Source: an uncultured candidatus Porisulfidus sp.
GTDB taxonomy: Bacteria; Pseudomonadota; Gammaproteobacteria; Poriferisulfidales; Oxydemutatoraceae
Assembly: GCA_965215125.1 (NCBI GenBank)
Contig: OZ244052.1
Span: 832,713 to 896,712 of the forward strand
Reading direction: 5' to 3'
Length of the DNA stretch: 64,000 bases
Position numbers and translations under genes: made by a program. Below, in pieces: positions 1 to 10,091 of the stretch; positions within the stretch are counted from its first letter, which is position 1; the number at the start of each line of letters is the position of its first letter. The notes under the pieces were generated by a model, which ran no database searches, had not been told where the DNA came from, and saw only the letters and a list, made by a program, of their open reading frames with translations.

Positions 1-352
1 AATTGATGGGCAGTTCGTGCACGATACTCTTTAGAATGTAGCTCAAGTTTATCAACGCCATCTATAAATTGATAATCTAAACCGAATGCATCTAATTGCC
101 TTTGCATATTTAGCCTTCTTTCAGGCGTGCGCTTCAAGCTGATGATATAAATAGGAGGTAAAGACATACTCTATAGAAATTTAAATACAAACGATAAAAA
201 AAATTTTTAGTCCTAGGCTGCACAATACCAAACGGTAAACACGGCTAAAATCCTTAATATTTTTCATAAAATGACTTTATGCTCTATTATAGTTTATACT
301 ATAATTCCTCTCGCAAGATATTCCGAACAACTATAACCTTATATGAATAGCT

Positions 353-2695
353 ATGGCTGAGAATCTTTTAATCGTAGAATCCCCCGCTAAGTCCAAGACC
401 ATTAAAAAGTATCTTGGACCCAACTTTGAGGTAATGGCATCGTACGGTCATGTCAGGGATCTGGTATCCCAGGAAGGCGCGGTAGACCCGAGCAATAATT
501 TTGCTATGAACTATCAAGTTATCAAAGATAGTGTCAAACATGTACGTAAAATAGAACAGACCTTAAAGAAATCTAAAAATCTTTATTTGGCAACCGACCC
601 GGATCGTGAAGGCGAGGCAATTTCATGGCATCTTTACGAGATACTGAAAGAGAAAGGAATAATCAAAGACAAGGGGGTGTATCGCGTGGTGTTCCATGAG
701 ATTACACAGCGAGCCGTTTCCGATGCAATTGCAAATCCTCGCCAACTATCGGATGATTTAGTTAATGCACAACAGGCGCGGCGAGCTTTGGATCACCTAG
801 TCGGCTTCAATCTGTCACCGCTTTTATGGCGTAAAGTGCAACAAGGGCTTTCCGCCGGGCGTGTGCAGAGCCCCGCACTTCGCCTATTGGTAGAGCGAGA
901 AGAGGAGATAGAAAAATTTAAGGCGCAAGAATATTGGACCCTGGAGGCACTCTCCGAAAAAGAAAACACGCCTTTTAATGCCAAGTTATTCGAACTGGAA
1001 GGTCAAAAGCTCAAACAATTTGATATCAACAACGAAGAACAGGCAAATAAAATACGCGAAACCATTCTTGAAAAAGCACAAGACCGTTTGAAAGTTACCC
1101 GTTGCGAAAAAAAGCAACGCAAACGATACCCGTCGCCGCCTTTTATTACCTCTACACTACAACAAGAAAGCGTACGCAAATTATATTTTTCGTCGTCGCG
1201 CACGATGCGTATCGCACAGCAGTTATACGAAGGCATTGATTTAGGTTCCGGGCCTGTAGGGTTAATCAGTTATATGCGCACCGATTCGGTAACGCTTGCG
1301 GAGGAGGCGGTTGCCGAGCTGCGTGCCTACATCAAGTCGCAATTCGGTGCAGATAGGCTACCGCCTAAAGCCGTGAAGTACAAAACCAAATCAAAAAATG
1401 CACAGGAAGCGCACGAAGCCATCCGCCCGACTTCGGTAAAACGCACACCCGAACAAGTCAAAGCCTATTTGAATAACGACCAATATAAGTTGTACGACTT
1501 GATCTGGAAAAGGACAGTTGCATGTCAAATGATTCATGCGACTTTAGATACTGTCACCGCCGACTTGTCGTGTCAAGAATACTGCATCTTTAGAGCGACC
1601 GGTTCTACTATCAAAGACCCGGGATTTATGTCCGTCTACACCGAGGACAGCGACAAAAACAACGATGCGAAAAACGGCAAAACAGTTTCTACAACAGAGA
1701 AGAAACTGCCACCGTTGAACGAAGGAGAAGAAGTGCCGTTGAAAGAATTAACCGCATCGCAGCATTTTACCGAACCACCGCCCCGCTACAGTGAAGCATC
1801 GCTGATAAAAACACTGGAGGAATACGGAATAGGACGTCCCTCTACTTACGCAAGTATCATTTCTACGCTACAATATCGGAACTATGCAACTCTGGAAAAA
1901 CGTCGTTTTTATCCTACATCTACGGGACGGATCGTCAGCAAGTTTCTGACCAATCATTTCTCACATTATGTAGATTATGATTTTACGGCAAACTTGGAAA
2001 ATGTTTTGGATGAGATATCACGAGGTGAAAAGACATGGATTCCGGTACTCAAAGAATTTTGGCAACCCTTCAAGCAACTAGTGGACGAAAAAAAAGATAC
2101 GGTAACAAAAGCCGAAGCAGCAAATGAACGTGTTTTGGGGACCGATCCCAAAACCAACAAGCCGGTGAGTGCGCGTTACGGGCGTTATGGTCCCTATGTT
2201 CAAATAGGCACCAAAGACGACGAAGAAAAACCACGTTTTGCATCGCTTAGACAGGGACAAAAAATAGAGACGATTAGTTTTGAAGAAGCGATGGAATTGT
2301 TCAAACTCCCTCGTGATTTGGGTGAAACTCCGGACGGAGAGCCGGTGTCGGCAGGGATCGGGAGATACGGACCGTTTATTAAGTACGGCAAAAAGTATGT
2401 CTCTCTCAAGGAGGACGATCCGCATGAGATTGATCTTGAACGCGCATTGGTCGTCATTACGGAGAAAAAACAAGCCGATACAGAAAAAATTATTGCAGAC
2501 TTTCCCGAACACAATATACAGGTATTAAACGGACGCTATGGACCTTATGTTAGCGACGGTTCTAAAAACGCCAAAATACCCAAAGAACAAGAACCGTCTA
2601 CTTTGACCTTGGAACAATGTTTGGAACTCATAGCTAAAGCACCCGAGAAACGCAAGCGAGCACCGGCAAAGAAAAAATCACAAGCTAAAACATAG
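353..2695 (+). CDS. topA: DNA topoisomerase I
   Basis: 780 aa; the N-terminus LIVESPAKSKTIKKYLG...ASYGHVRDL is the canonical Toprim start of TopA; length fits; followed by the mutY-yggX cluster. Confidence 0.9.
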   Translation: MAENLLIVESPAKSKTIKKYLGPNFEVMASYGHVRDLVSQEGAVDPSNNFAMNYQVIKDSVKHVRKIEQTLKKSKNLYLATDPDREGEAISWHLYEILKEKGIIKDKGVYRVVFHEITQRAVSDAIANPRQLSDDLVNAQQARRALDHLVGFNLSPLLWRKVQQGLSAGRVQSPALRLLVEREEEIEKFKAQEYWTLEALSEKENTPFNAKLFELEGQKLKQFDINNEEQANKIRETILEKAQDRLKVTRCEKKQRKRYPSPPFITSTLQQESVRKLYFSSSRTMRIAQQLYEGIDLGSGPVGLISYMRTDSVTLAEEAVAELRAYIKSQFGADRLPPKAVKYKTKSKNAQEAHEAIRPTSVKRTPEQVKAYLNNDQYKLYDLIWKRTVACQMIHATLDTVTADLSCQEYCIFRATGSTIKDPGFMSVYTEDSDKNNDAKNGKTVSTTEKKLPPLNEGEEVPLKELTASQHFTEPPPRYSEASLIKTLEEYGIGRPSTYASIISTLQYRNYATLEKRRFYPTSTGRIVSKFLTNHFSHYVDYDFTANLENVLDEISRGEKTWIPVLKEFWQPFKQLVDEKKDTVTKAEAANERVLGTDPKTNKPVSARYGRYGPYVQIGTKDDEEKPRFASLRQGQKIETISFEEAMELFKLPRDLGETPDGEPVSAGIGRYGPFIKYGKKYVSLKEDDPHEIDLERALVVITEKKQADTEKIIADFPEHNIQVLNGRYGPYVSDGSKNAKIPKEQEPSTLTLEQCLELIAKAPEKRKRAPAKKKSQAKT

Positions 2696-3736
2696 GTGGT
2701 CATCTCGGATCGTTTATTGAAATGGTATGCCCGTTCCGGGCGAACCGATTTGCCTTGGCAACGCAAGGTGTCGGCTTATCGGGTATGGGTCTCCGAAATC
2801 ATGCTCCAACAAACGCAGGTGCAAACGGTCATACCGTATTATCGTCGCTTCATCGGTCGTTTCCCGAGTCTCAAATCGTTAGCCGATGCGCCTTTGTCCG
2901 AAGTCATCGAACACTGGGCAGGGTTGGGATACTATGCGCGTGCCAGAAATCTACACCGCACGGCGCGCCTGATAAGAAAACATCACGGCGGTCGTTTTCC
3001 GAAAGATAAAAATACTTTGATGGAATTGCCGGGTATCGGTCGTTCTACCGCAGGTGCAATCCTAGCACTTAGTTATAATCAAAGGCATCCCATTTTAGAC
3101 GGCAATGTCAAACGCGTACTCGCCCGTCATGCCGATATTGCAGGCTGGCCGGGAGAGGCATCGGTGAACCGTGCTCTGTGGGAGCAAGCGGAGAAATACT
3201 TGCCGAAGCAAAACATAGCACAATATACTCAAGCACTGATGGATTTGGGGGCCATGATATGCACGAAAACACAACCTCAATGCGCACTTTGCCCAATCTC
3301 GGCGGATTGCCTTGCCAGAAAAGCCGGGTGTATAGCCGAACGCCCTCGGCCACCACCGACAAAAATAAAACCACAACGCCATGTATTTATGCTAATGGCA
3401 ATATACAGAGACCGTCTTTTGCTTGAGCGCAGACCGATGTCGGGGATATGGGGTGGATTATTGAGCTTCCCGGAGATGGGTAGCGAAAAGGAAGCCAAAG
3501 CATGGTGTCAAAGACGGCTCGGACACATTCGGAACGCAAGGTGTCTGCCGTCGTTCAAACATCAATTTACCCATTTCTCGTTGACCATAACGCCTTTAGA
3601 AGCAAGGCTTTCAAAAATTCATTCACAAATAAACGAGGAAAATCATCTTGTTTGGTGTAAACTTTTATCCTCAATCAACGGTGTGCCTGCACCCGTTAAG
3701 AAGCTGATAACACAACTGCAAAAAACTAACATATAG
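2696..3736 (+). CDS. mutY: A/G-specific adenine DNA glycosylase MutY
   Basis: 346 aa; LLKWYARSGRTDLPWQ start and an HhH-GPD region (LPGIGRSTAGAI); four-Cys cluster CxxxxxxC..C..C (CTKTQPQCALCPISADC); conserved mutY-yggX gene pair. Confidence 0.9.
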   Translation: MVISDRLLKWYARSGRTDLPWQRKVSAYRVWVSEIMLQQTQVQTVIPYYRRFIGRFPSLKSLADAPLSEVIEHWAGLGYYARARNLHRTARLIRKHHGGRFPKDKNTLMELPGIGRSTAGAILALSYNQRHPILDGNVKRVLARHADIAGWPGEASVNRALWEQAEKYLPKQNIAQYTQALMDLGAMICTKTQPQCALCPISADCLARKAGCIAERPRPPPTKIKPQRHVFMLMAIYRDRLLLERRPMSGIWGGLLSFPEMGSEKEAKAWCQRRLGHIRNARCLPSFKHQFTHFSLTITPLEARLSKIHSQINEENHLVWCKLLSSINGVPAPVKKLITQLQKTNI

Positions 3737-3739
3737 ACG

Positions 3740-4012
3740 ATGACCCGCAAAGTTCACTGTTTGAAACTCGGAAAAGAAGCCGAAGGCTTGGATTATGTAC
3801 CCTATCCCGGTGAACTCGGACAACGTGTTTATGATAATATCAGCGCGCAAGTATGGCAGCAATGGGTCGACCATCAAACTATGCTGATCAACGAGTACCG
3901 CCTCACCCCGATGGAACCTAAAGCACGCAAATTCCTCGAGGATGAGATGGAGAAATTTCTGTTCGGCGAAGGCTCCGAAAAACCCAAGGAGTTTGTCGAC
4001 CCGAACGAATAG
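3740..4012 (+). CDS. yggX: Fe(2+)-trafficking / oxidative damage protection protein YggX
   Basis: 90 aa; [18 protein letters not shown]...[15 protein letters not shown] is typical of YggX; sits immediately downstream of mutY as in enterobacteria. Confidence 0.8.
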   Translation: MTRKVHCLKLGKEAEGLDYVPYPGELGQRVYDNISAQVWQQWVDHQTMLINEYRLTPMEPKARKFLEDEMEKFLFGEGSEKPKEFVDPNE

Positions 4013-4057
4013 TCGTCTCGGACGATGATGCTAAATAATCGGCAACTATAACGGCAC

Positions 4058-4133
<76 letters not shown>

Positions 4134-4200
4134 TCGTTGTGAAACCCGTTTGCGACTATTCGACCCGGTGCATTTATAGACTATAAAATGAAGTAAGGAA

Positions 4201-6897
4201 ATGGCAACAAAACTAGTATTGGTAGACGGCACCGCTTATCTATATCGTGCGTATCACGCACTGCCACCTTTAACCGGGCCTGCAGGACAACCGATCGGGG
4301 CGGTCTTCGGCGTAGGGAAAATGTTAAAAGCACTGATTAGGCAAGAGACGCCCGATTATTTTGCGGTCGTGCTCGATGCGCACGGCAAAACCTTCAGACA
4401 CGAGCTATACCCTCCGTATAAAGCACAAAGGCCACCGGCACCGGAGGATTTGATTGCCCAATCGGACACTTTGAAACACCTTATCAACGAGCAAGGTTAC
4501 CCGCTATTGGAAGTCCCCGGTGTAGAGGCGGACGATGTCATCGGTACGCTGGCTCGCAGTGCCGAGGCGGCAGGTTGGGAGGTGCTGATCTCTACCGGCG
4601 ATAAAGATATGGCTCAGTTGATCTCCGAGCGTATTACGCTAGTTGATACGATGAAGAATCAACGCATCGACTCCGATGCAATACAAAAGAAATTCGGTGT
4701 GCTACCGGAGCAGATGATCGACTACCTAGCCTTGGCAGGAGACAGTGCCGACAATATCCCCGGAGTTGTCGGTGTCGGACCTAAAACCGCGGCGAAGTGG
4801 CTTTGCGAATATCAAAACCTAGACGAAGTTATTGCACACGCAGACTCTATCACCGGCAAGGGCGGCAAAGCCCTACAAGATGCACTGCCCAAGCTACCTC
4901 TTTATAAAGATTTGGTGACCATACGCTGCGATATAACGCTGGACCACACGATTGACCAGTTAAAAATTACCGCACCCGCACCTGAGCGGTTAATCGCTTT
5001 CTATCGTGAATACGGATTTACCCAATGGCTCAAAGAAGAAACCGACGAAGCTGCCGACACGGTCGCCGAGCCAAGCACACCGATCGAACAGCCTAAATAT
5101 CAACTGATTTTGACGCAAGACACATTGGATTATTGGCTGGAAAAACTAAAGTCGGCAGACTGCTTTGCACTCGATATAGAAACGACAAGTCTGGACTATA
5201 TGCAAGCGCAGATCGTGGGATTATCGTTTGCGGTTGCTGCCGGCGAAGCTGCATATCTGCCTGTGGCACACGATTATTGTGGTGCGCCTAAGCAGTTGTC
5301 CATAGATTTGGTCTTAGCGCAGCTGCGTCCTTTATTGGAAGATCGAAAGATCGGCAAATTAGGACACAACCTTAAATACGATATGGAAGTACTGCTGAAC
5401 TACGACATTCGCTTGCAAGGCATCAGACACGATTCTATGTTGGAATCGTACGCCTATAATTCGGTTGCGAGCAGGCATAACCTAAAAGAGCTCGCATACA
5501 AATACCTCAATATTCGGATGCAAACATACGAGGATATTACCGGCAAAGGTGTCAAGCAAAGACCATTTGTTCAGATCGCAGTGAGAACCGCCGCCGAATA
5601 CGCCTCAGCCGATGCCGATTATAGCTTGCAACTACATGAATATTTTCATCCTCGCTTGAAAAAAACCTTACCGTTGCTCAAGGTCTACGAGGAAATAGAA
5701 ATGCCGTTGTTGCCGGTCATCGCCGAGATAGAACGCACCGGCGTGCTGATCGATGCCGACCGTTTGTCCGAACACAGCCGTGAATTGCAAGAAGCAATCT
5801 CTCAAACCGAACAACAAATTTATCAACTGGCAGGACACGATTTTAATATCGCCTCACCCAAACAAATACAAACCGTGCTGTTCGACGAAGCGGAACTGCC
5901 GGTGATTAGCAAAACCCCCAAGGGTCAAGCCTCTACCTCCGAAGACGTGCTACAAGAACTCGCCCACGACCATGAACTCCCGAGATTGATCTTGCACCAT
6001 CGCTCGCTCAGCAAACTAAAATCAACCTACACCGACAAACTACCGCAGCTGATCAATGCCGAGACCGGGCGGGTACACACCTCTTATCACCAAGCGGTTA
6101 CCTCAACCGGACGCTTATCGTCGTCCGACCCCAACCTGCAAAACATTCCTATCAGAACCGCCGAAGGACGGCGCATACGCCAAGCCTTTATCGCCCGCAA
6201 AGGCTATTGCCTCATCGCCGCAGACTACTCGCAGATAGAAATGCGCATCATGGCACATGTATCCCAAGACCCGGGTCTATTGAATGTATTCCAAAAAGGT
6301 ATGGATATGCACCGCGCAACCGCTGCCGAGGTCTTCGGTTGCAAACCGGAGGCAGTCGATGACGAGCAACGACGCATTGCCAAAGCCATAAACTTCGGAC
6401 TGATTTACGGAATGTCGGCATTCGGTCTCGCAAGACAACTCAATATAGATAATAGAGAAGCGGCGGATTATGTGAAAACCTATTTTGAGCGGTTTGCCGG
6501 TGTGCGGACCTATATGGACGACACGCGTGAACAAGCGCGCAAACAAGGTTATGTGGAAACCATCATCGGTCGGCGGTTGTATTTGCCGGAAATCAACGCC
6601 AAGGATGCTCGCCGTAGACGCTACGCCGAGCGCACCGCAATCAATGCGCCGATGCAAGGGTCGGCTGCCGATATTATCAAACGAGCGATGATACGCATTG
6701 CCGAACAATTCAAGGACGACCCGAACGATGCGGTGATGATTATGCAGGTACACGACGAGCTAATTATAGAAGTGGCAGAACCGCATGCCGACGATGTAAT
6801 GAACAAATGCTGTGCCTTGATGGAGTCGGCGGTGGAACTTTCGGTGCCGCTAAAAGTCAACGCGAGTATCGGCAATAATTGGGACGAGGCGCACTGA
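4201..6897 (+). CDS. polA: DNA polymerase I
   Basis: 898 aa; 5-prime nuclease N-terminus (LVLVDGTAYLYRAYHALPPLT); 3-5 exo and polymerase motifs (RRxAKAINFGLIYG, QVHDELI). Confidence 0.95.
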   Translation: MATKLVLVDGTAYLYRAYHALPPLTGPAGQPIGAVFGVGKMLKALIRQETPDYFAVVLDAHGKTFRHELYPPYKAQRPPAPEDLIAQSDTLKHLINEQGYPLLEVPGVEADDVIGTLARSAEAAGWEVLISTGDKDMAQLISERITLVDTMKNQRIDSDAIQKKFGVLPEQMIDYLALAGDSADNIPGVVGVGPKTAAKWLCEYQNLDEVIAHADSITGKGGKALQDALPKLPLYKDLVTIRCDITLDHTIDQLKITAPAPERLIAFYREYGFTQWLKEETDEAADTVAEPSTPIEQPKYQLILTQDTLDYWLEKLKSADCFALDIETTSLDYMQAQIVGLSFAVAAGEAAYLPVAHDYCGAPKQLSIDLVLAQLRPLLEDRKIGKLGHNLKYDMEVLLNYDIRLQGIRHDSMLESYAYNSVASRHNLKELAYKYLNIRMQTYEDITGKGVKQRPFVQIAVRTAAEYASADADYSLQLHEYFHPRLKKTLPLLKVYEEIEMPLLPVIAEIERTGVLIDADRLSEHSRELQEAISQTEQQIYQLAGHDFNIASPKQIQTVLFDEAELPVISKTPKGQASTSEDVLQELAHDHELPRLILHHRSLSKLKSTYTDKLPQLINAETGRVHTSYHQAVTSTGRLSSSDPNLQNIPIRTAEGRRIRQAFIARKGYCLIAADYSQIEMRIMAHVSQDPGLLNVFQKGMDMHRATAAEVFGCKPEAVDDEQRRIAKAINFGLIYGMSAFGLARQLNIDNREAADYVKTYFERFAGVRTYMDDTREQARKQGYVETIIGRRLYLPEINAKDARRRRYAERTAINAPMQGSAADIIKRAMIRIAEQFKDDPNDAVMIMQVHDELIIEVAEPHADDVMNKCCALMESAVELSVPLKVNASIGNNWDEAH

Positions 6898-7029
6898 CGG
6901 CTCTGCACCAGAACATTTTACTCACTGTACAGATGCGACATAAATAAGCAGATATTCTCAGGAAAGTAAATCAAGCAATAGGTATAATAGTCGGTTATTA
7001 AAAGTACTCATACAGAAAAATTCATTTCC

Positions 7030-7806
7030 ATGATAATTTCCCACAAATTGCAAGTCATATTTATAAGACCAGTCAAGACTAGTGGTTCATCATTTGAAAC
7101 AGCACTAAAATATTATTGCGGTAAAGGTGATGTAGTTACAGATGATAAAAATTTTGTAAACTATTATAACGGTCATGATTTTACAAACGGCCACATAAGT
7201 GCTTCTGATATCAAGCGTAAGATACCGAAGAATATTTGGGATAATTACCTTAAAATATCTATTGTCCGCTGTATTTACGATTCTATAATTTCTTTATACT
7301 ATTGGGAACATATTGGGCTTAAAAAACCTCAACCTGTAAACTTTAGAACATATGTTTTACTTTCAGGGAATAGACAAATAGAACGTAATTTTAGAAGGCT
7401 TTGTGATGGTCAAAAATCTATCGTTGATTTTATTATTAGATATGAAAATGCAGACGAGGATATTACGGATTTAGAATGGAAAATAGGCTGTGTCGGCTTA
7501 CTAAACAAATATAAATCTAGGTCTGAAAAAACAAGAATTCGTCCTCACGGACAAGATATCTTCAAAGTTTACTCTAAGTACCCGATAGCGAGAGAACTAG
7601 TAGATACGCACTTCACCGAAGCTATGGAACGAAATGAACTTATTCAAAAATACTACCCGCTGTACAAGGAAAGGTTGAGCCGAAAAATTCCAGAACCGGG
7701 ATATCTTCCCAGAAAAACGGCGAAACTACTATTCTCTTTATATAATTATTATCCGATACGAAGATTGTATTATAAAAAACGATCCCGTTTTGAGACTGTA
7801 ATTTAA
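7030..7806 (+). CDS. sulfotransferase-fold protein (putative, PAPS-dependent)
   Basis: 258 aa in a visibly AT-rich tract; a 5-prime-PSB-like loop IRPVKTSGSSFE (compare the K-x-G-[ST]-[ST] motif of sulfotransferases); a 3-prime-PB-like segment IVRCIYDSIISLYYW (R...D...S.Y); no reliable homolog recall beyond the motifs. Confidence 0.4.
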   Translation: MIISHKLQVIFIRPVKTSGSSFETALKYYCGKGDVVTDDKNFVNYYNGHDFTNGHISASDIKRKIPKNIWDNYLKISIVRCIYDSIISLYYWEHIGLKKPQPVNFRTYVLLSGNRQIERNFRRLCDGQKSIVDFIIRYENADEDITDLEWKIGCVGLLNKYKSRSEKTRIRPHGQDIFKVYSKYPIARELVDTHFTEAMERNELIQKYYPLYKERLSRKIPEPGYLPRKTAKLLFSLYNYYPIRRLYYKKRSRFETVI

Positions 7807-9170
7807 ATTGTGTAAGTTCTAATTAAGATAAACTAGGTGGCAACACCAAACTAATAAAGGAGAACTTATGAAAGATATAAAAAGCATCGGGAAAGAATTA
7901 TCCCGTCATGTAAAGACCCAACAAGAGATGACCGATATCATCGGTCAGTTGATTAAGTCAATGATGGAAGGCATACTCAATGCGGAGCTGGACGACCATC
8001 TCGGCTATGAGAAAAACGACAAAGCATCCAAGCGTAGAAAGAATACCCGCAACGGGCATAGTGCCAAGACCTTAAAGACCAATTATGGGGATATAACGAT
8101 ACAGACACCGCGAGATCGGGAGGCGTCGTTTGAACCGATGATTGTGCCGAAAGGGAAAACCCGTTTAGACGGATTTGAGGATACGATATTGGCACTCTAT
8201 GCGCAAGGGATGACGGTGCGACAGATACAAGAGTCGATTAAAGAGTTGTATCATGGTGCGGAGATTTCTACTGCGGTTATCTCGAATGTCACCGATGCGG
8301 TGATAGACGAGGTGCGGACTTGGCAGAGCCGAGTGTTAGAGTGCCTCTATGTGGTGATGTATCTGGATTGCATCGTCGTCAAAGTGCGAGAGCAAGGCCG
8401 TATCATTAACAAGTCGATCTATGTTGCACTGGGCATAAAGCGCAGTGGACGCAAGGAATTACTCGGGTTGTGGATTGCCGAGACCGAAAGTGCTAAGTTC
8501 TGGTTAGCGATATTAACCGAGCTACAAAATCGGGGTGTGAAAGATATCTTGATCTGTTGCATAGATGGTCTGAAGGGTTTCGCAGAGGCGATTGCCAGCG
8601 TCTATCCGCAGGCAAAAATACAACTGTGTCTAGTCCACATGATGAGAAACTCGCTACGCTATGTTGCGACTAAAGATAAGAAAGCAGTCTCGGCAGCGTT
8701 AAAGAAGATATACAATAGTCCTACGGCGCAGGCTGCCGAGCAGGCGTTAGATGAGTTTGCCGATTGCTGGTCGGCAAAATATCCGAGTGTTGAGCGGTCG
8801 TGGCGCAATAACTGGGACAACCTGATTACGTTATTTGATTACCCGCCGGAGATTAGAAAAATTATCTATACAACGAATGCGATAGAAAGTCTCAATAGCG
8901 TGATTAGAAAATCCATCCGCAACCGGAAGATATTCCCGAGCGACCAATCGGCATTGAAAGTAGTTTATTTGGCAATCAAAAAAGCCTCTGCTCGCTGGAC
9001 GCTGCCGATACGAAATTGGATACCGGCGATGAACCGATTAGCTATTGAATACGAAGGTAGATTTGATATTGAGGAAAACGAAGTTACACAAAATAGTTAA
9101 CAGGCTCCCCGTTTTGGTCCCATTCCTTTTTTAAACAACGAAGATAAGCTAGTCTGATACATTCTTGAAA
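7805..9170 (+). mobile_element. IS256-family insertion sequence (boundaries approximate, terminal inverted repeats not identified)
   Basis: Transposase ORF 7868..9100 with a strong RBS (AAAGGAGAACTTATG); IS256 elements usually extend about 60-100 bp beyond each end of the ORF; I could not see convincing terminal IRs by eye. Confidence 0.45.
7868..9100 (+). CDS. IS256-family (mutator-type) transposase
   Basis: 410 aa; the N-terminal region LDDHLGYEKNDKASKRRKNTRNGHSAKTLKTNYGDITIQTPRDREASFEPMIVPKGKTRLDGFEDTILALYAQGMTVRQIQ is typical of IS256 transposases; DDE region present with the conserved C-terminal W...IE. Confidence 0.9.
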   Translation: MKDIKSIGKELSRHVKTQQEMTDIIGQLIKSMMEGILNAELDDHLGYEKNDKASKRRKNTRNGHSAKTLKTNYGDITIQTPRDREASFEPMIVPKGKTRLDGFEDTILALYAQGMTVRQIQESIKELYHGAEISTAVISNVTDAVIDEVRTWQSRVLECLYVVMYLDCIVVKVREQGRIINKSIYVALGIKRSGRKELLGLWIAETESAKFWLAILTELQNRGVKDILICCIDGLKGFAEAIASVYPQAKIQLCLVHMMRNSLRYVATKDKKAVSAALKKIYNSPTAQAAEQALDEFADCWSAKYPSVERSWRNNWDNLITLFDYPPEIRKIIYTTNAIESLNSVIRKSIRNRKIFPSDQSALKVVYLAIKKASARWTLPIRNWIPAMNRLAIEYEGRFDIEENEVTQNS

Positions 9171-9273
9171 ACCGTTAGCCGGATAACATAGTTACGTTCC
9201 CCCATTTGTCCAATATGTCATGGCATCGTACAGATTATTCTATAAATATGCTAATATACCAACTTGGTAATAC

Positions 9274-9489
9274 TTGAGAGCTAAAATGTCTATTTTAATG
9301 AAAATTAATATCAATGCCGTGCTACAGCACGGCGAGTTTCTGCGTCAAGTGCAGGAGCATCAAACCAAATCTTGGATAAAGGCCGGTATGGCCGGCCGTA
9401 AGCCGTCTCAGACCACTGCGCTGGATGCAATTCTAGAAATCGCCCAAAAGTACAAAAAAGAAGTCTTAGCGGCCTCTGAGAGAAGTTAG
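9274..9489 (+). CDS. hypothetical small protein
   Basis: 71 aa ORF between the IS and argC; no recognisable motif; coding status uncertain. Confidence 0.2.
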   Translation: MRAKMSILMKININAVLQHGEFLRQVQEHQTKSWIKAGMAGRKPSQTTALDAILEIAQKYKKEVLAASERS

Positions 9490-9604
9490 TAGATCGGCAA
9501 AGTTTTTGGATCAGTGCGAATAAGCGTTTTTATGTAAAATCACGATCGCCGAAGTTATGCACCGATTATAATAGTAAGTTACAGACAATAAAAGGAGATT
9601 AAAA

Positions 9605-9811
9605 ATGTCAGAAATCGCACTTTACAATGTACTAACAAAGTTAGGGTTAGACCATGACGAAGCAAAGGAAGCGGTTGCCGATATTGCTAGCACAAAGGAT
9701 ATGGCAACGAAGGTGGATCTAGCAAGCTTGGAGACAAGGCTAACAAATAGAATATATGCCGTCACTGGCATAATAATCGGAGCCGTCGGATTGATGATTA
9801 AGTTTTTATGA
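9605..9811 (+). CDS. DUF1640-like small coiled-coil protein with C-terminal membrane anchor
   Basis: 68 aa; excellent RBS AAAAGGAGATTAAAAATG; architecture MSEIALYNVLTKLGL..EAKEAVADIA...ATKVDLASLETRL....GIIIGAVGLMIKFL matches the bacterial DUF1640 pattern (short helix, charged coiled coil, hydrophobic tail). Confidence 0.45.
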   Translation: MSEIALYNVLTKLGLDHDEAKEAVADIASTKDMATKVDLASLETRLTNRIYAVTGIIIGAVGLMIKFL

Positions 9812-10091
9812 ATAGGATTGCCGGCAAAGAAAACCAAAAATAAACTAATTAGCAATAGTAAAAAGCCTGTTTGCAAAAAGCGCGAGGTTATTGTACTGAA
9901 AAAAAAGATCTTCCCCCAAATAGTAGACATTTTTTTATGCCCGCTTTGTGATAGATTTTTCATAATCTACGGGACACATATAGCCTAGTGCAGAATGCAT
10001 AAGCCACCCCGGCACAGGATGGGGATAAAGCGGTACATATCCGCTATTAGTGATAAAATACGGCACTAAACATTCACAACGAGGTTAAACA

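Noticed and set aside
793-2528. Numerous short ORFs antisense to or overlapping topA (for example 793..984, 1003..1236, 2078..2512, 2280..2528), and similar ones within polA, ftsK, recN, gyrB, accC and the nuclease gene
   Set aside because: They are embedded in strongly supported long genes on the opposite strand or in another frame, and have no motifs; they are six-frame noise.
7805-7870. Terminal inverted repeats of the IS256 copy
   Set aside because: The matching cccgttttg strings on both sides are in direct rather than inverted orientation; I could not confirm true IRs by eye.
9622-9963. 113-aa minus-strand ORF antisense to the DUF1640-like gene
   Set aside because: Low-complexity hydrophobic translation, no RBS, antisense to an ORF with an excellent RBS; likely spurious.
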